This document shows, piece by piece, positions 19,444-32,266 of a stretch of 35,329 nucleotides of DNA. The translations under genes were made by a program, and so were the position numbers. The DNA lies in assembly GCA_000826855.1 (NCBI GenBank), contig JTLS01000465.1:1-35329 (forward strand). Reading direction: 5' to 3'. The stretch is from Basidioascus undulatus (Eukaryota). The first letter of the stretch is position 1, and each line of letters opens with the position of its first letter. The notes beneath the pieces were generated by a model, which was not told where the DNA came from, did no database searches, and saw only the letters and a list, made by a program, of their open reading frames with translations.

Positions 19444-22400
19444 ATGGCCAACACCGCGCCCACCGACGTCGAGCGAGGGCTGCGCACCCAAGAAGACGAC
19501 CTTTCCCTCCAGCGGGAGATGTCCCCGCACGCGCCGCCGCACGACGTCCCCGACCCGCGCATGACCGAGCTCGAGCTCACGCCGCAGACGTCCGTGACGC
19601 TCGCGAATTCAGGCATCACGCTCGACGAAAAGAAGGGGGGCAACGGCCCGATCTACGTCGACTTTGCGCCGGGCGACAGTAGGAATCCGTACAACTACAG
19701 CTATAGGAGGAAATGGCTGTGAGTACTATTTCTGTTGTGATATGGGGAACAGAGAAGGGATTTTAGGCTGAAATTTGCGGATGTGAGGCGCATAGGATCA
19801 CCGTGATGGGTTCGCTGTATACCCTTTGGGCTTCCGCTGGTTTGACTGCCTTCGCGATTGGGGTGTCATAGTATGTCCATTAGATTATGTGGCTGGTCTC
19901 TCGGCGCCGGCGCCGCATTCATGCTGTGTCGTCTGACATTGCCATTCAACAGCGTGCAGGAGGAATTCGATACGTCGACAGTCCTGGGCAAGCTCATGCT
20001 CGGCATGTGGCCGCTGGGTTTCGCCCTCGCGCCGCTCGTTCTGGCGCCGTTCAGTGAAGAACTAGGTCGTACAGGGATGTACGTCTCGACAATTTGGATT
20101 ATGATTGTGCGTTTCTTTCCCCTGTTCGTACCGTTTGAATGCGCGCCTGATGCATCGGCGCATGTGTGCATGAACAGATCTTCTTCATACCCGTCGCGGT
20201 GGCCAAAAATATCGGAACTGTTCTCGTTTGCCGCTTTTTGGGTGGTGCGGCTGCGAGCACGGGTAGCACCATGGTCAGTCTCCCTTGTGCATCTCAGCGT
20301 CCTGCTCTCATCAGCGTGCTGACTGTGTGGCTTTACAGGTCGGCGGTACCATCGCCGATATTTGGAAGAACGACGAGTGCGTATTTTCCAATATCTCATT
20401 GTCCTTCGGACAGCACAGAGAGAGTTGTTGACACAGGTTTTCCTTGCAATAGGCGAGGACTGCCGATGAGCCTGTTCACCTTGTCCGTATTCTTTTCTCG
20501 TTTAATCGCACCACACTCATATGGCTTTAATCACTGTTTTAGTATGGCTTTCTTCGGCTCTGGTATTCCAGCCGTCGTCTTCGGCTTCGTGGCGGAGCGG
20601 CCCGACCTCGGCTGGCGGTGGATCCGTTTGTCTTCCCCTCGCCTCTCTTCCCCTTTCCCTACCCTCTTACACCTTTCTCTGCCCCTTTCATCCACGCTCT
20701 CCACAACAACAGAATGGATCCAGCTCATCATCGATGGCACCTACGCGATCTTCCTCACGGTCATCCTCGCGCGCAACGAGACGCGCGGGCCCGTCATCCT
20801 CACGCGCGTGGCCAAGAAGATGCGCAAGGAGACGGGCAACTCACGCTACCGCGCACGCGTGGAGGACGAGCGCGCGAGCATTTGGACCTTGATCAGGATC
20901 AGCGCGACGAGGCCGATCTGTGGGTGCTGCAGCGGATGAAACGTTGAGTGCAGAGGCTGACGCGGATGGCGGATGGTAGGGCTGCTGGCGACTGAGTGCG
21001 TTAAGATATGCCGACCATTGGGGAAGCGTCGGCTGATTTCATGTTGCGCAGACCGGTTGTCACGGTCTTCTCGCTCTGGGTCGGGTTCGGTGAGGCTCTC
21101 GTGTCTGGCCCTGTCACCACGCATCGCCCGCTGATCATGTTCTCTCCGGCACAGCTTGGGGCATGTTCTGTGCGTCTGCGCTCAATGTTCACACTTTCTA
21201 AGTCATTCACTCATCTGCTCGTCCATTAACTCAGACGCCATCATCGCCTCGATCCCCTACGTCTTCTCCTCGCTCTACAACTTCGGAACCGGCTCGCTCG
21301 GTCTCGTATACCTTACCATCTGGTGCGTTATCAGCATCTCGTAATATATCTACACTCCCATCTCCCGCTGACATGCGCACTGCCCGGCCCAGCATCGCGT
21401 CCATCTTTGGTTTCGCGCTCAACGGCTTCCAGGAGCGCCTATACGCGAAGTATGTGGATACCCGCGGACCTGAGGCTAGGCTGTTCGGCGCGTACGTTCT
21501 TGTTTTTCGGAATTCCTTCGAACATTACTGACGCGCGTTTGCAACGCTGCCTCGACAGTATGGCCGCGGGTCTGTTGTTCGCCATCGGTGCATTCATGTA
21601 AGCGACATCTGAGTTGCCGAGCAAGCCGTTTACTAACCCGAACACTCGCGACAGATACGGCGCGACCTCGTGGTACAATCACCACTGGATGGGTCCCTGC
21701 ATCGGAATTACCATCGCCGTCATTGGCGTCTACACAATCTACCTCAGCGTGTTCAAGTACGTCTCTGCACTCCCTCATCTGCCTATCGATTTCAACGGCG
21801 CCTTACCATATTGCACCATCTGTTCAGTTACCTCAGCGACGCCTACACGCTCTACGCCTCGTCAGCCCTCGCGGGGCAGAGCTTGTGTCGGAATGTACGT
21901 TCATCCCGACGTGTTGTCCTGGCGCTAGAGCTAAATTTCGGGTCTCCATTGTATGTATAGCTCCTGGGCGCGATATTCCCCCTCTTCATGTGCGTTTTTG
22001 CTCGCTTCCCAAAGACCTGACGGCTGCTGATTTTGCAGATTTTCAACGGATGCAGTCAGCCTGTCCGTCTTGACCCCCGTTGCCTTGTGTAATCTTATGA
22101 AATATGCTGATAATCCATGTCATTTGACAGATGTATCAACGTCTCGGCTTCCGGTGGGCTCCGGTGCTCGTCGGCTGTAAGCTCTGCTGTACCCACGCCA
22201 CATCTTCCCAACCACCCACCATACTGAAATCTTCGCTGTCGCAACAGTCATTGCCCTGGTAATGGCAGTCATTCCCTTTGTTTTGTTCTTCTACGGACCC
22301 AAGATTCGCGCCAAGTACGTTAAGAGCGCTGCGTTTGCTTGACGACTTCCGTGGGGCTGACCACTGGCCATACCCTCTGATTACAAGGTCGCACTTCGCC

Positions 22401-22460
22401 AAGCAACTGCGCGCGATGGAGATCGAAGCGGAGCGGAAGGAGAAGGAGGGGAAGACATGA
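19444..22460 (+). CDS. MFS transporter, DHA1 (drug:H+ antiporter-1) family, about 21 exons
   Basis: Spliced segments include YVDFAPGDSRNPYNYSYRRKWLIT, GFALAPLVLAPFSEELGR, LVCRFLGGAAASTGSTMVGGTIADIW, RGLPMSLF, GWRWIQWIQLI, ETRGPVIL, RPIWLLATEPVV, GPEARL, NYLSDAYTLYASSALAGQSLCRN and IPFVLFFYGPKIRAKSHFA. Stop TGA 22458-22460. Confidence 0.95.
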
Positions 22461-23235
22461 AAGGAGGGCTCCGCAGGCCGCGCCTGTGCGGTCAACGCCG
22501 TCGCGCCCTCCGGGACGCATGCGCACGCGGGCGGATAGGCGGGTTGACTGGACATACCTGGAGGGGAACTATTCGCAGATACGGACACCAGGGATGGTGT
22601 TACGAGCCGGGGCTGCTTTCACACATAGACTTCTATGCATAGATCACGCCTGCCCGCCTAATATTGCACACTTGCACTTCTCGCCATACCATGCAATCGG
22701 CTGCTGCACCCGATTCTGGCTTCCTGCGCGGACACGGCGAACCGTCCCACGCTTCGGGACCGGCTTTTATCAGTCCTTCCTTCCCGTCCAACCAATTACA
22801 GTGATGGAGTGTGGATTGCCAGAGTCAAAGCATGAACTACTCCACAGTTGTCTGCTGATCTCTTCCACATCCGATGGCGTCCGTAAGCAAGCATGCTGGT
22901 CAGAGGCGTGCTGGTGAGCCTTCGCAGCGCGTGAGACAGGCTGCGAGTCATCTGACAGCATTCACTTGGCCGTTTCTTGCCAGATCTGCAGTAGCCTCAC
23001 TTCCTTACCACGGCGGGCCGATTGAGGCCCAGCCATGTCTATAACTACTTTCAAGCCTCCTCCAGTATGGCAGATGACGCGATGTGGGTGGTGTGGGCCA
23101 AAAGCACGCAACAGTGCGGCGATGAGGAGCTCGACCGACAGCGTCTCCTGATCTCGTACCACTGGCACGAACCCGATATTCCACAGCGCGTGGACTCTTA
23201 GTTGAGGGCCACCTGATCATGTATTGAGTATTGCA

Positions 23236-23240
23236 TATAA
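23236..23240 (+). promoter_or_regulatory. Candidate TATA box of the acetate transporter gene
   Basis: TATAA in a locally AT-rich patch about 80 nt upstream of ATG 23321, followed by a CT/CA-rich leader. Confidence 0.4.
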
Positions 23241-23320
23241 GCGTAGAGAACTGCGAGCGATGAGGAGCCCCACAATACTCATCCTCACCTCCTCAACGAA
23301 CGCAGCAAGAGCAAGAACCA

Positions 23321-24992
23321 ATGTCTGCCGCAGCAGCTCCGCCTGTCCCAGTCAGGGACGAGAAATACCAGCTTCACACCACTGGTGCTGCTAATCACCC
23401 TACTCGGGCGAGCGCTGACGACACACTCCACGGCAATGGCGTAGGCGCTGGGAAGTACGGAGGGGGTAAGTTGCTGCAGTCGTCTTTCGGGTGCGATTGG
23501 TTTCTCATGGGTGTGCTCCGGGAAGCAGGAGCCGACCTGGGTCGCCAGCTGTCGACTGGTAAATTTAAAGTATTTTATTTATTTTCCTCTGGCCATAGCT
23601 GACAGATGGCACAAACAGTGACCCTCACGCCGGAGCAGTTCGAGAGACTCTGTGAGCCTGCTCGGACTTGACCCTCCGACGACAACTGATTGCTGTTCGA
23701 GCGCAGACCTTCAGCCTCGCGACCCTCGTTTGACCGGTGATCTTCCTAAGCGGTAAGCATACTTCGAAACTTGGCGAAAGTTCGTTTCTGAGGCGGCGGC
23801 TCCTTCAGCTTCGGCAACCCGACCCCGCTCGGTGCGTTTCACCACAGCTCTTCCATCGCCGTCTTTCTCAGACTCACCCAAACTCCTGTAACAAACAGGT
23901 ATTGCCTCATTTACCGTCTGCACTACAACCCTTGCAGGGGAGAATTTTGGACAGCTCTGCTTCGAACGACTCGAACTAATGCTCTCTCTCCGTTCCAGGC
24001 GACCTCCTGAACTTCCGCGGCGCCGATGCAACCTCGCCTGTCGCACAAGTCGGCGCGTACTGGTTCCTGGGTGGAATTGGACTTATGCTTTCCGGTCTAC
24101 TTGAGTTCTTCATCGGTAATAGTGAGTGGCAGGCAAGCCGTCATCCCTGAAGGTAGACAGTCACTGACGTCCTCTCCTGCTCTCAGCCTTCCCATTCACA
24201 GTCTGTAAGTCGAACGAATACCAATTTTGGCCTTGATCATATATTTTAAGATATTCACTTCATATTCAGTCGTTACCTTCGGCGCCTTCTGGCTTTCCTT
24301 CGCATCCATCGTACACCCGCCCTTCGCCGTTGCCGCCACGCTGGGAGACACTAGCGAGCCGTTCAATAGCGGTGTGGCTTGGTACCTGTAAGATTTACCC
24401 CAAAGTATCGTTTTTCGAGTATATGTACTGACTTGATGTTCGTAAAGCTTGGTGTGGGGCATCCTCTCGTTCGCGTTCCTGGTCGCCTCTTTTCGGACGA
24501 ACCTGGTGTATGTCTCGAAGAATGCTACCTGGCCTTTCTCTCTCAAAGCTCACAAATTGGTCGTCATTAGGCTGGTTTGGATCCTCAGCTGGATCATGGT
24601 CACCTTCTTCGTTTTATCGGGCGCCTACTTCAGCGCTGGACGCGGCGGCTCCAACACCAACGCGCTCTTCAAGACCGGCGGCGCCCTTGCATTCAGTACG
24701 TCTTCGTTTCGATTCTTTGACTTGTTATTGGCATATGTTCGCAGTCTCAACCCTCTGTACTTCCCATAGTTTGCGCCATGGGCGGGTGGTATCTTCTCTT
24801 CGTACTTCTCTTCGAAGCTGTCCGCTTGTAAGTCACTGTCCCTCCTTCCCCTACCCTATTGGTCTTCTCAAAGGATCTACCACTGATCCCGCACACTATC
24901 AAACACACAGCCCGATGTCACTGCCTGTAGGCGATCTGAGCAACAAGATCCTCATTCGCCCCACGCATAAGAAGACGGGCTCCGCAGCGTGA
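23321..24992 (+). CDS. GPR1/FUN34/YaaH (Ato/Ady2-like) acetate/carboxylate transporter, multi-exon
   Basis: RQLSTVTLTPEQFERLYLQP...FGNPTPLGIASF (family signature NP.PLG), YWFLGGIGLMLSGLLEFFIGNTFPFTVFVTFGAFWLS, LVASFRTNLV, GGALAF...GWYLL, FPMSLPVGDLS. Stop TGA 24990-24992. One intron (23938-23998) needs a non-canonical GG donor. Confidence 0.92.
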
Positions 24993-25594
24993 AGGTCAAC
25001 AAGCGCAAACGAGAAGAAAGGCTACTAATGGAACAATGCGCTGAAACAAGAATGAAATGTGGAACAATTAATACCTGTAATATTATAATGTGGATGATCA
25101 TGGATTCGGCGAAGCCGTGATGGCTGGCGAGCTCCGGTGATCCGGCCTGAACGTGACTACCTGACGGACGATCCATGGAAGCCGCCGTTGCGGCGGTCTA
25201 CTCCGGTACGAATGCGCATATGTCCGAGACAAGTGCCGTGAAAAGCTGAAAAGCCAGAACGGGAAAGATACCAGAAAGCTCGCAGGAGCGTGGGTGAGCA
25301 ACGAGGCACCCTGGCGTGTTGAGGTTATGCGTTGGACGTCCTGCTAAGCGACACGATCGAACAAGGCGAACATCAGGAATAAGCTTGCAGACATTGAGTG
25401 CTTGGAATGAGCCAGTGATGGAGCGGTAGACGACGTAAAGACGGGAGGGAGCCATGGGGAGATGGTTTGAACGAGAGGGCAACCCGCTGACTGTAGCCAA
25501 TATATGCACAAATCCGATTGTGGAGATGCATCTAAGCAAGGCGGACGCCACACATTCGCCTTGGTGCCATTCCATCAGGCGAGCCCGCGCACAT

Positions 25595-26338
25595 TCAAGC
25601 CGTCGCCCTGGCCTCCGCCTTCTTCTGCTGCTTCTCCGACAGCTTCCTGATACCGCCTCAATGAACATGACTTCATAGGCCTGAATGAAGGGAAGTATAC
25701 GCACCTCCTCGCCTCGAGCACCATCCTCGCCTTCCTCTCCCTCAACGCGGCCTCCCGCTTGTCCGCCGAGTCCGCCCATTCCTCCGGCGCCACTGATTCC
25801 AACGGCTGCTCCGGCGCTTTGCCCTTGTCGGACACACGCGACTCGAGGTGGAAGCGGGAGATGAGCGTCTCGGACTGGGCAGAGGCGGAGGGGGCGGGCT
25901 GGGCTGCAGGCGCGGCGGCGGCGGGTCGGGAGGACGTGGTGGGAGTAGTGGGGCGAGAGACGAATCCGGGAGGCGGCTATCGGGACGAAATAAGCGACCG
26001 TTGTGAGGATGGAGGTGGGAAGACGTACTGCCGGCAGGCTCCCCGTCCTCAAGATGGTATCGCAGGTGCGCTCCACACTTCGCGTCCGGCTCAGGTCGTA
26101 CCGAATCCGGTCTTCATCGATCTGGGGGAACATCGACTTAACCGAGTCGACCTGTTCTTGCGGCACTGTTCAAACAAAGGGGACTCCTTCATCAGCTCCC
26201 TGTCCAGCTCGCCCCTTATGCGGTGGTGGGTCGCGAACCTGGTGGTGACGGCGCAGAAGGACCCGAGAACAGTCGGTAGATCCCGTACAGGGCCCCGATA
26301 GCAATGAGAATCGGTACAAGGTCCTCCATGCTCGGCAT
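25595..26338 (-). CDS. CUE-domain membrane protein (Cue1/Cue4-like, ER ubiquitination factor)
   Basis: N-terminal TM segment (MEDLVPILIAIGALYGIYRLF), CUE domain VPQEQVDSVKSMFPQIDEDRIRYDLSRTRSVERTCDTIL, then LISRFHL and the C-terminal WADSADKREAALRERKARMVLEARRKL (Ubc7-binding-like helix). Three GT-AG introns. Stop 25595-25597. The start could be 26329. Confidence 0.88.
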
Positions 26339-26963
26339 GCAAGGTTGATTGTCGCCAGAGCGCAGGAGAGAGTGAAGGTCAGACGAGCGGTGATGACGGT
26401 TGGAAGGCAACCGAGGCAACCGGCCGCGAGGGTCAAGCGAGGTGGCCTGTCAGGCCGGGCTGACGGAAGGTGACATGATAGGCCCTTCGCCGACACACAA
26501 TACCAGTCCCGGTTCGTCTACTTTTACTTGCTTGGATAGACCGACGCTCGGTAAAGCTTTATGTCCCAGGTGAAACTCTACATTTCACAGCTGCCATGAC
26601 AATCACAGCGAGGTCCACGAGATGTGATTGTATGCAGCCAGCCGCATTGCCACGTTCTTGGCAGCATTGGGCGACAATGACCCCGAACGGAGTGCTTGAA
26701 TAAAGAGCCTCCCTCCGCTGAACCCACCTCTATACGAACGTCAGGTGCCGTGTTTGCGAACGATACCACTCCCGACGAGATTGCAGAACGCGTCCAGCTC
26801 TCGTTGTGCCACCCATAATATGGACACTTGGGGTAGAGTGAGTACAGCCCACGCCGAGCAGGCTGTTAGCGCACTGAAGCACTGCATGCCCTACAGCCTC
26901 TCACGGTACGTGATCGAGGTTTAGCTGAAGCCCGTACACCGATCTCCACCGAGACCTGTTCCG

Positions 26964-27536
26964 TGTAAGATGTGTGTCTGATACTATACTTTCATCACTA
27001 TCCTTATAACTCCCCGACATCAGTATCCTAATGACCTTCCTGACATAATTCCAGCGGGGATCGAATCATGTACATCGTGGCCACAAGTCGAGAGTACCAA
27101 GGAACTGTGCATGACATAGTGGTAAGGCACAGTTTATCATCCTATAGCGAGCGTATAGGATCAACTTCCCTATTAATGGGACAGTACTATCACGCGCGGG
27201 CGTATACAAGATCAAGGTGAGCGTTCGGTGCGACTGCGGGAAGTCGAGTTGACCATCGCTGTAGATCTTGACTCAGAGCGGTACGATAATCACCAGAGTA
27301 AGTGAGCCAATGGACAGAAGAGCAATGCAGTATGCTGAAGTCCCTAGCAGTCGAACGATAACGTGTGGAAGATGTGATAACTCGGGAACACTGGCAACTC
27401 GGCGAAGCATTGCGTGACGGGCGTGCGATATGTACCGGTGGTAGATAATCAAAGTCATTGTAGAGTCTTTATGAGTCGGATAACTGTTTGCGCTAAAGTG
27501 TAGGACTGATAAGATGCAGCAAGTAGGGATCACACA
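26964..27536. mobile_element. Candidate solo LTR
   Basis: A 573-bp non-coding block, visibly more AT-rich than its flanks, bounded by TGT...ACA (TGTAAGAT...ATCACACA, imperfect inverted ends). Flanked by TTCCG (26959-26963) and GTCCG (27537-27541), a 4/5-matching putative target-site duplication. Confidence 0.4.
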
Positions 27537-27628
27537 GTCCGCAGGCTCGCAGTCAACACTGCTCTAGTCAAGCCGGTCTTTCAAGTCATGAATTGAAATC
27601 ACAATCCTGCACATCAAGAGCGTCCGAA

Positions 27629-30600
27629 TTAGACCTTCAAGAACCCTTCCTTCTCCCAGCTCTCCATCCACTTCCACGCGTCCTCGGCCTTCAACGGCGG
27701 CAGCTCCTTCAGCGCCCTGCTAGCGGCGCATGCCTTGCCCGTCTCCAGACGAGCGATGCCCATGCCCTCTGTGTTCTTCCGCGCCTTCGCCTCGACCGAC
27801 CCATGACGAAACATCCCCAGCAGCTTGGCCGCAGGGTTGCGCGCCATCGCCTCCGGCCCGCGCTCGGCGTCCTTCTCCAGCGCGGCGAGCCACTGCGCGT
27901 ACGGCACGAGCTTGACCTCCTGACCGCGCGAAACGTAGAAGTCGACAACGGCACCGAACGCAGTCGACCAGGGCGCGACGTTCGGGTGTACAACGTGCAG
28001 CATCTCGTGAGTCGGGGTGGAAGGCGTGCGCGCCAGGGACATCTCGACGATGGCCTCGCCGGCGATGTCAACGGGAAGCCAGGAGATGACCTGTCATGGA
28101 CAGTTGAAAATTAGGAACGGTGCGGGCAGTAAAGCACAAGTACCACCAACGTACATCCTCGCCGGTCGGCAGGCAGCCAAGGACTGCGCCCGACTTGATG
28201 ATAGACGGCACCCAGTCGGTCCTAATAGAAAGGAATTTCGAATGAGCAACTTGCTTGGGCAAGAGAAAATTTGGCAGATAAGCTCACGAGTTCCAGCTAC
28301 CAGAGGAGAGCGAGCCGGAGAGCTGCCCCACACGGAGGATGGTCGTCCGGATGCCGGTGACCTCCGAGGCCTCCTGAAGCATCTGTCGTGGGCATGTACG
28401 TGAGCATTTTGGAAGAAATTTCGCGACATGATGGAAAGCCTACCTTCTCACCGACGTACTTGCCCTCGCTGTGACGGAATGTGGATAAGCCGGTTGGCGT
28501 CGCAAGTGACAATTTGGACAGAGAACGCACCCATAGCCCTGTCCGATCACAATGCGGGTGTCCTGGATCGGCTCCTCAGGCGCGAAGCGGTCCATGGGCC
28601 AGCCGCGCAAAGCGCCGATGGAAGACGTGAAGAGGACCGCAGGCTGGCGCGGGGAAGTGATGGCGAGGTCAATCAAATTCTTGAGGCCTGTCGATCACCA
28701 AAAGTCAATGGACCGCCGCAAGTGTAGAATGAAAAGGTGAACTTCTTACCGATGATATCCGACTCGAACGACTGCAGCGTGAGGTCGAAGTTGACCCTCC
28801 ATGCGTTGTGGATGATTTGAGAGACGTTTGCACGGATCTGTGAGCAAAACCAATTGTCAGAGACGTCTCATGAACGGAACTGATGAAGGGGGAGTGCTCA
28901 CGTCGCTCAGCACGGACGCCTCGACTGCGAGGTCGGACTTCGTGAGGTCCGCCTCAACCAGCACGAGCTTCGGCGAATCGAGCATGCCGACGTCGAGCCC
29001 ACGGGCGACGAACGACGCGCGCTGGCGCTCCGCCAGCCCGGCACTGCGGTTGGAACGGTTGACGGCGAAGACCCGCTCGACGTCCGAGGAGCGGATGAGA
29101 GACTGCAGCAGCTGCGCGCCCAGCCCGCCAGTCGTGCCGGTGACGAGGACTTGCGCCGGGCGAGGCGCGGTATCGAGCTGCGCGGGAGGTGCAGGGAACA
29201 ACGCGCTGTACTTGTGGATCATCGCCTCGATCTTGGCGGTCTGCGCCTCGGGAGTGTTCTCCGTGGCAGCGCCAGAGACGAGGGAGCGAATGAAGGAGGC
29301 GAGGTCGGAGATGGAAGGGTGTTGGAAGACGATGTTCTCGGGGATCTTGGGAAGCGTCTGAGGTTGGTCGGGCGTCGCGAGAAGAGCGGCGGAGAGCCTG
29401 ATTGTGCGGTCAGCCGAAGTCAGTAATGTTCTGTCTGTTCTGTCATCGAAAATCATGAGCTTACTTGTTGCGGATGTGCGTCGCTTGGAGACTGCAGATA
29501 GAGGGTCAGTGACATACCTTGCTGGGGGTTCGGGAAATGGCGCACCTGTCACAGCCCCGAGCAATCAAATCCGCGTCGAGCTGCAGGTCCTGCTGCTGCA
29601 TGACAGACCGGACGATCTGGGCGACAGAGCCCTCGAGGTCCGCCAAATCGAGCGGCTCCACGCCCGTCGTCTCCGGCGCAGCGTTGTACGCAGCCTCGAT
29701 TTCGCCCTTGTACTGCTCGAGCGTCGGCGTGCGCTTGACTGTTCGGGAGACGACAGACTGTCAGTGTTATACTGCCTTGAGAAAAGTGCTTGAGCAAAGA
29801 GTAGTGCAACTCACCGCTCGCTTTCGGCGTCAGCTGGAACGGCCGAGCGGGGTCCGCGATGAGGACGAGGTTGCGGAAAAGACGGGAATGCTGCGGGGCG
29901 TGAGCATTGGCGCGCTCGATGTCGGGCCTTCAAGGAGACATAAAAGCATCAACTCTTGCAATTTTTTTCGTGGGAGCAAGGGAAGAGCACAACGGCTTAC
30001 CAGACAGCATCGATGAGCTTCTGCTTGGCCGCTTCGTCGCCCGGCTGGACCTCGTGGCCCGGACCAGGCTCAAGGATTACCCCGTTCGAGACCTTTCCGC
30101 GACCGAAGAACAAAGCGTTCTGCAGCTGGGCGTTGGAGGCGATGATGCGCTCTAGACAGGCGTAACGAGCAAGTTGACGTCGTGTCAGTGGGGCTGTGGG
30201 AGAGCAAGAACAGCAAAAGCTGCGTACCAAGCGGCCCCGGGTTCGTCTTCTCGCCCGTGGAAAGCATGATCTGAGAAGAGATCTTCAGCCATCACGCACT
30301 GGCTTGCGCGTCGGTCCTGTTGGGTATACCTACTTGGTCGTCTGCGCGGCCAACCTGTACGGAAAGATACGTCAGCCGGACCCCGAGATTTGACGAAGTA
30401 CTGCACTCACGATACGAATGAGCTCCGGATCCGTGGGATGCCTCTCCACCAGGTCGTTCGTCGTGTAGCCCCTCACGTCTTCCAGGTTGAGGACAGAGGG
30501 GTTGTGAGAGTCGCAAGCCTAGCACAAGGAGCGCCACGCGAGTCAGCGGTGTCGAATGCGGAGACGAGCTTTGGCAATCAAAGACACGCACGATGTACTG

Positions 30601-32266
30601 CAGCTCGAAAAGGCCGTCATCCTGCGGGACGAGGCGAGGCTTGCACTGGGACGAGAGGCGGAGGTACGACCAGTCGGCGCCCTGCGGCGGGCCCATAAAG
30701 GTAGTACCACAGCCGACCTCGGTGGCGCCGAAGACGGACGTGCTGTGAGGAAGTGGTTTTTAGAACATGAAGTCGCGGTCAAAGCGAAATGTAACGCACA
30801 GCTTGATGCCCTTTGCAGAAAGAGCGTCACCGACAGGACCGTTCAACGCAGCGCCACCGAACAGCTATGGCACAATTCGTTCCATGCTCAGTACTGTGAG
30901 ACCCAGTGGCAGCAGCATGAAAAAGGTGCGTACCACGCGTTCGGCCCCCTTCATTACCTCCACGGCCTCATCATCCGTTGCCCAGGTTTCGATGATACTC
31001 GGGACGACGATGATGTAGTTGCTCTTGGTGTCCTTGATGCCCTTCAGCGTGACAGTCGGCGTCGGGAACGTCGGCGGAGAAACGGGGTCGAGCAAGCCGA
31101 GCTCAACGCCAGTCGAGAGCGGGAGGACGAGCTGGATCATGAAGCCCATCTGGTAGCGCAATGTTGAAAAGTTAGCCTAGGATTGGCGGGCCGTACAGAG
31201 CAGATTGCAAGCGGAACTCGCAGCGTGGAACGTCGGCAGCGAGCCAGCGAAGAAACGCGTATCGCAGATGTCGACCGTACCGTACCAAGGCTGTAGCGAA
31301 ACTGCATGTCAGCAACTGATTTCTTTGAAACAGAGAAGAACGAATGCAAGTGGCTGATAAGTAGAAGACGCACTGCCCTAGCCCACTCGAGCCATACCGC
31401 GTGGCTGATGCGAATCGGCTTCGGGAAGCTGGTAGAGCCGCTGGAGTGAAGGATGATGCCCATCGCATCCCTTCGCCCGAGCTTCGCCGGCAGGTCGTGC
31501 TCGAACTCGTCCGCAGCCGTCTCGTCGCCGAACTTCGTGTAGACGTCCAGCAAGCGCGGCATGGGCACGAGCTGAAGATGGTGCCCGGCCTGGCGCAGCT
31601 CGGCTTGCGTCGCTTCTGCGAGGCCGGAGAGCGAAGGCGAAGAGGACGTATAGAGGAGGATGTGCGTCGACGTCTTGGAGAGGATCGAGCAGAGGGCGGG
31701 GGCAGAGTTACGAGTGCTGAGCAGGAGAGGCTGTGAAAACGCCGCAACCACCCCAATTGTCAAATACCTCTGCAGCAGGACCAGCCAGGCGAAGGGAATT
31801 TAAATCAGAAGCGCCAAACTCACCGTGTAACCAGCCCGCGCAATGCCCAGCGCCGTCGCAGCATAAACGAATGCTTCGGTTTCGGAGAGCACGCCGACGA
31901 CCACCTCGTCCTTCTCCGTCGGCTCCACCTTCTCCGCCCCGCACTTCTTCACACTCTCGCGGACGAACTGGCCCGCGCGGTACGCGGAGCGCGCGAACTC
32001 GAGCGTGGAGATGCGCACGCCCGCAGGGGTCACGGCCCAGGTATGAGAGGCAGAGCGGGCGAGGTGGTGGTCGAGAAGCTCCGGAACGAGAATGGAGCCC
32101 TGAATACGGAAAACCGAGAAGCGCGTTCTCCATGAGTATGATTTCTAGAGTGTTTGACGAGACAATGCTGAAAGCAACGCACATCGAGCGAGGGAGGAGT
32201 CCAAGTCTTCGAAGCCGCCCCTTGGGCGGTGCGCATCCCAAACGGCAGCGGCGAAGTTGAGGTCAT
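27629..32266 (-). CDS. NRPS-like enzyme, adenylation-thiolation-reductase (A-T-R; fungal carboxylic acid reductase type), multi-exon
   Basis: ATG 32266. A-domain motifs: IILHSSGSTSFPKPI, PTFHA|MGF, FGATEVG, VGRADDQ|IMLSTGEKTNPGPLE, LTPKASVKR. T domain: GCDSLQAT...NIVFQHPSISDLA. Terminal SDR reductase: VLVTGTTGGLGAQLL, IIHNAWRVNFD, FTSSIG, GYGESKYVGEK, LRVGQLSG, LHVVHP. Ends WEKEGFLKV with stop 27629-27631. No condensation domain. Confidence 0.95.

Noticed and set aside
26970..27075. Resemblance to a fungal TPP riboswitch (CTGATACTATAC ... CTGACATAATTCCAGCG ... ATCATG)
   Set aside because: The invariant UGAGA is UGAUA here, spacing and P4/P5 pairing do not fit, and it is not in an intron of a thiamine-related gene. 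An Rfam RF00059 scan would settle it.
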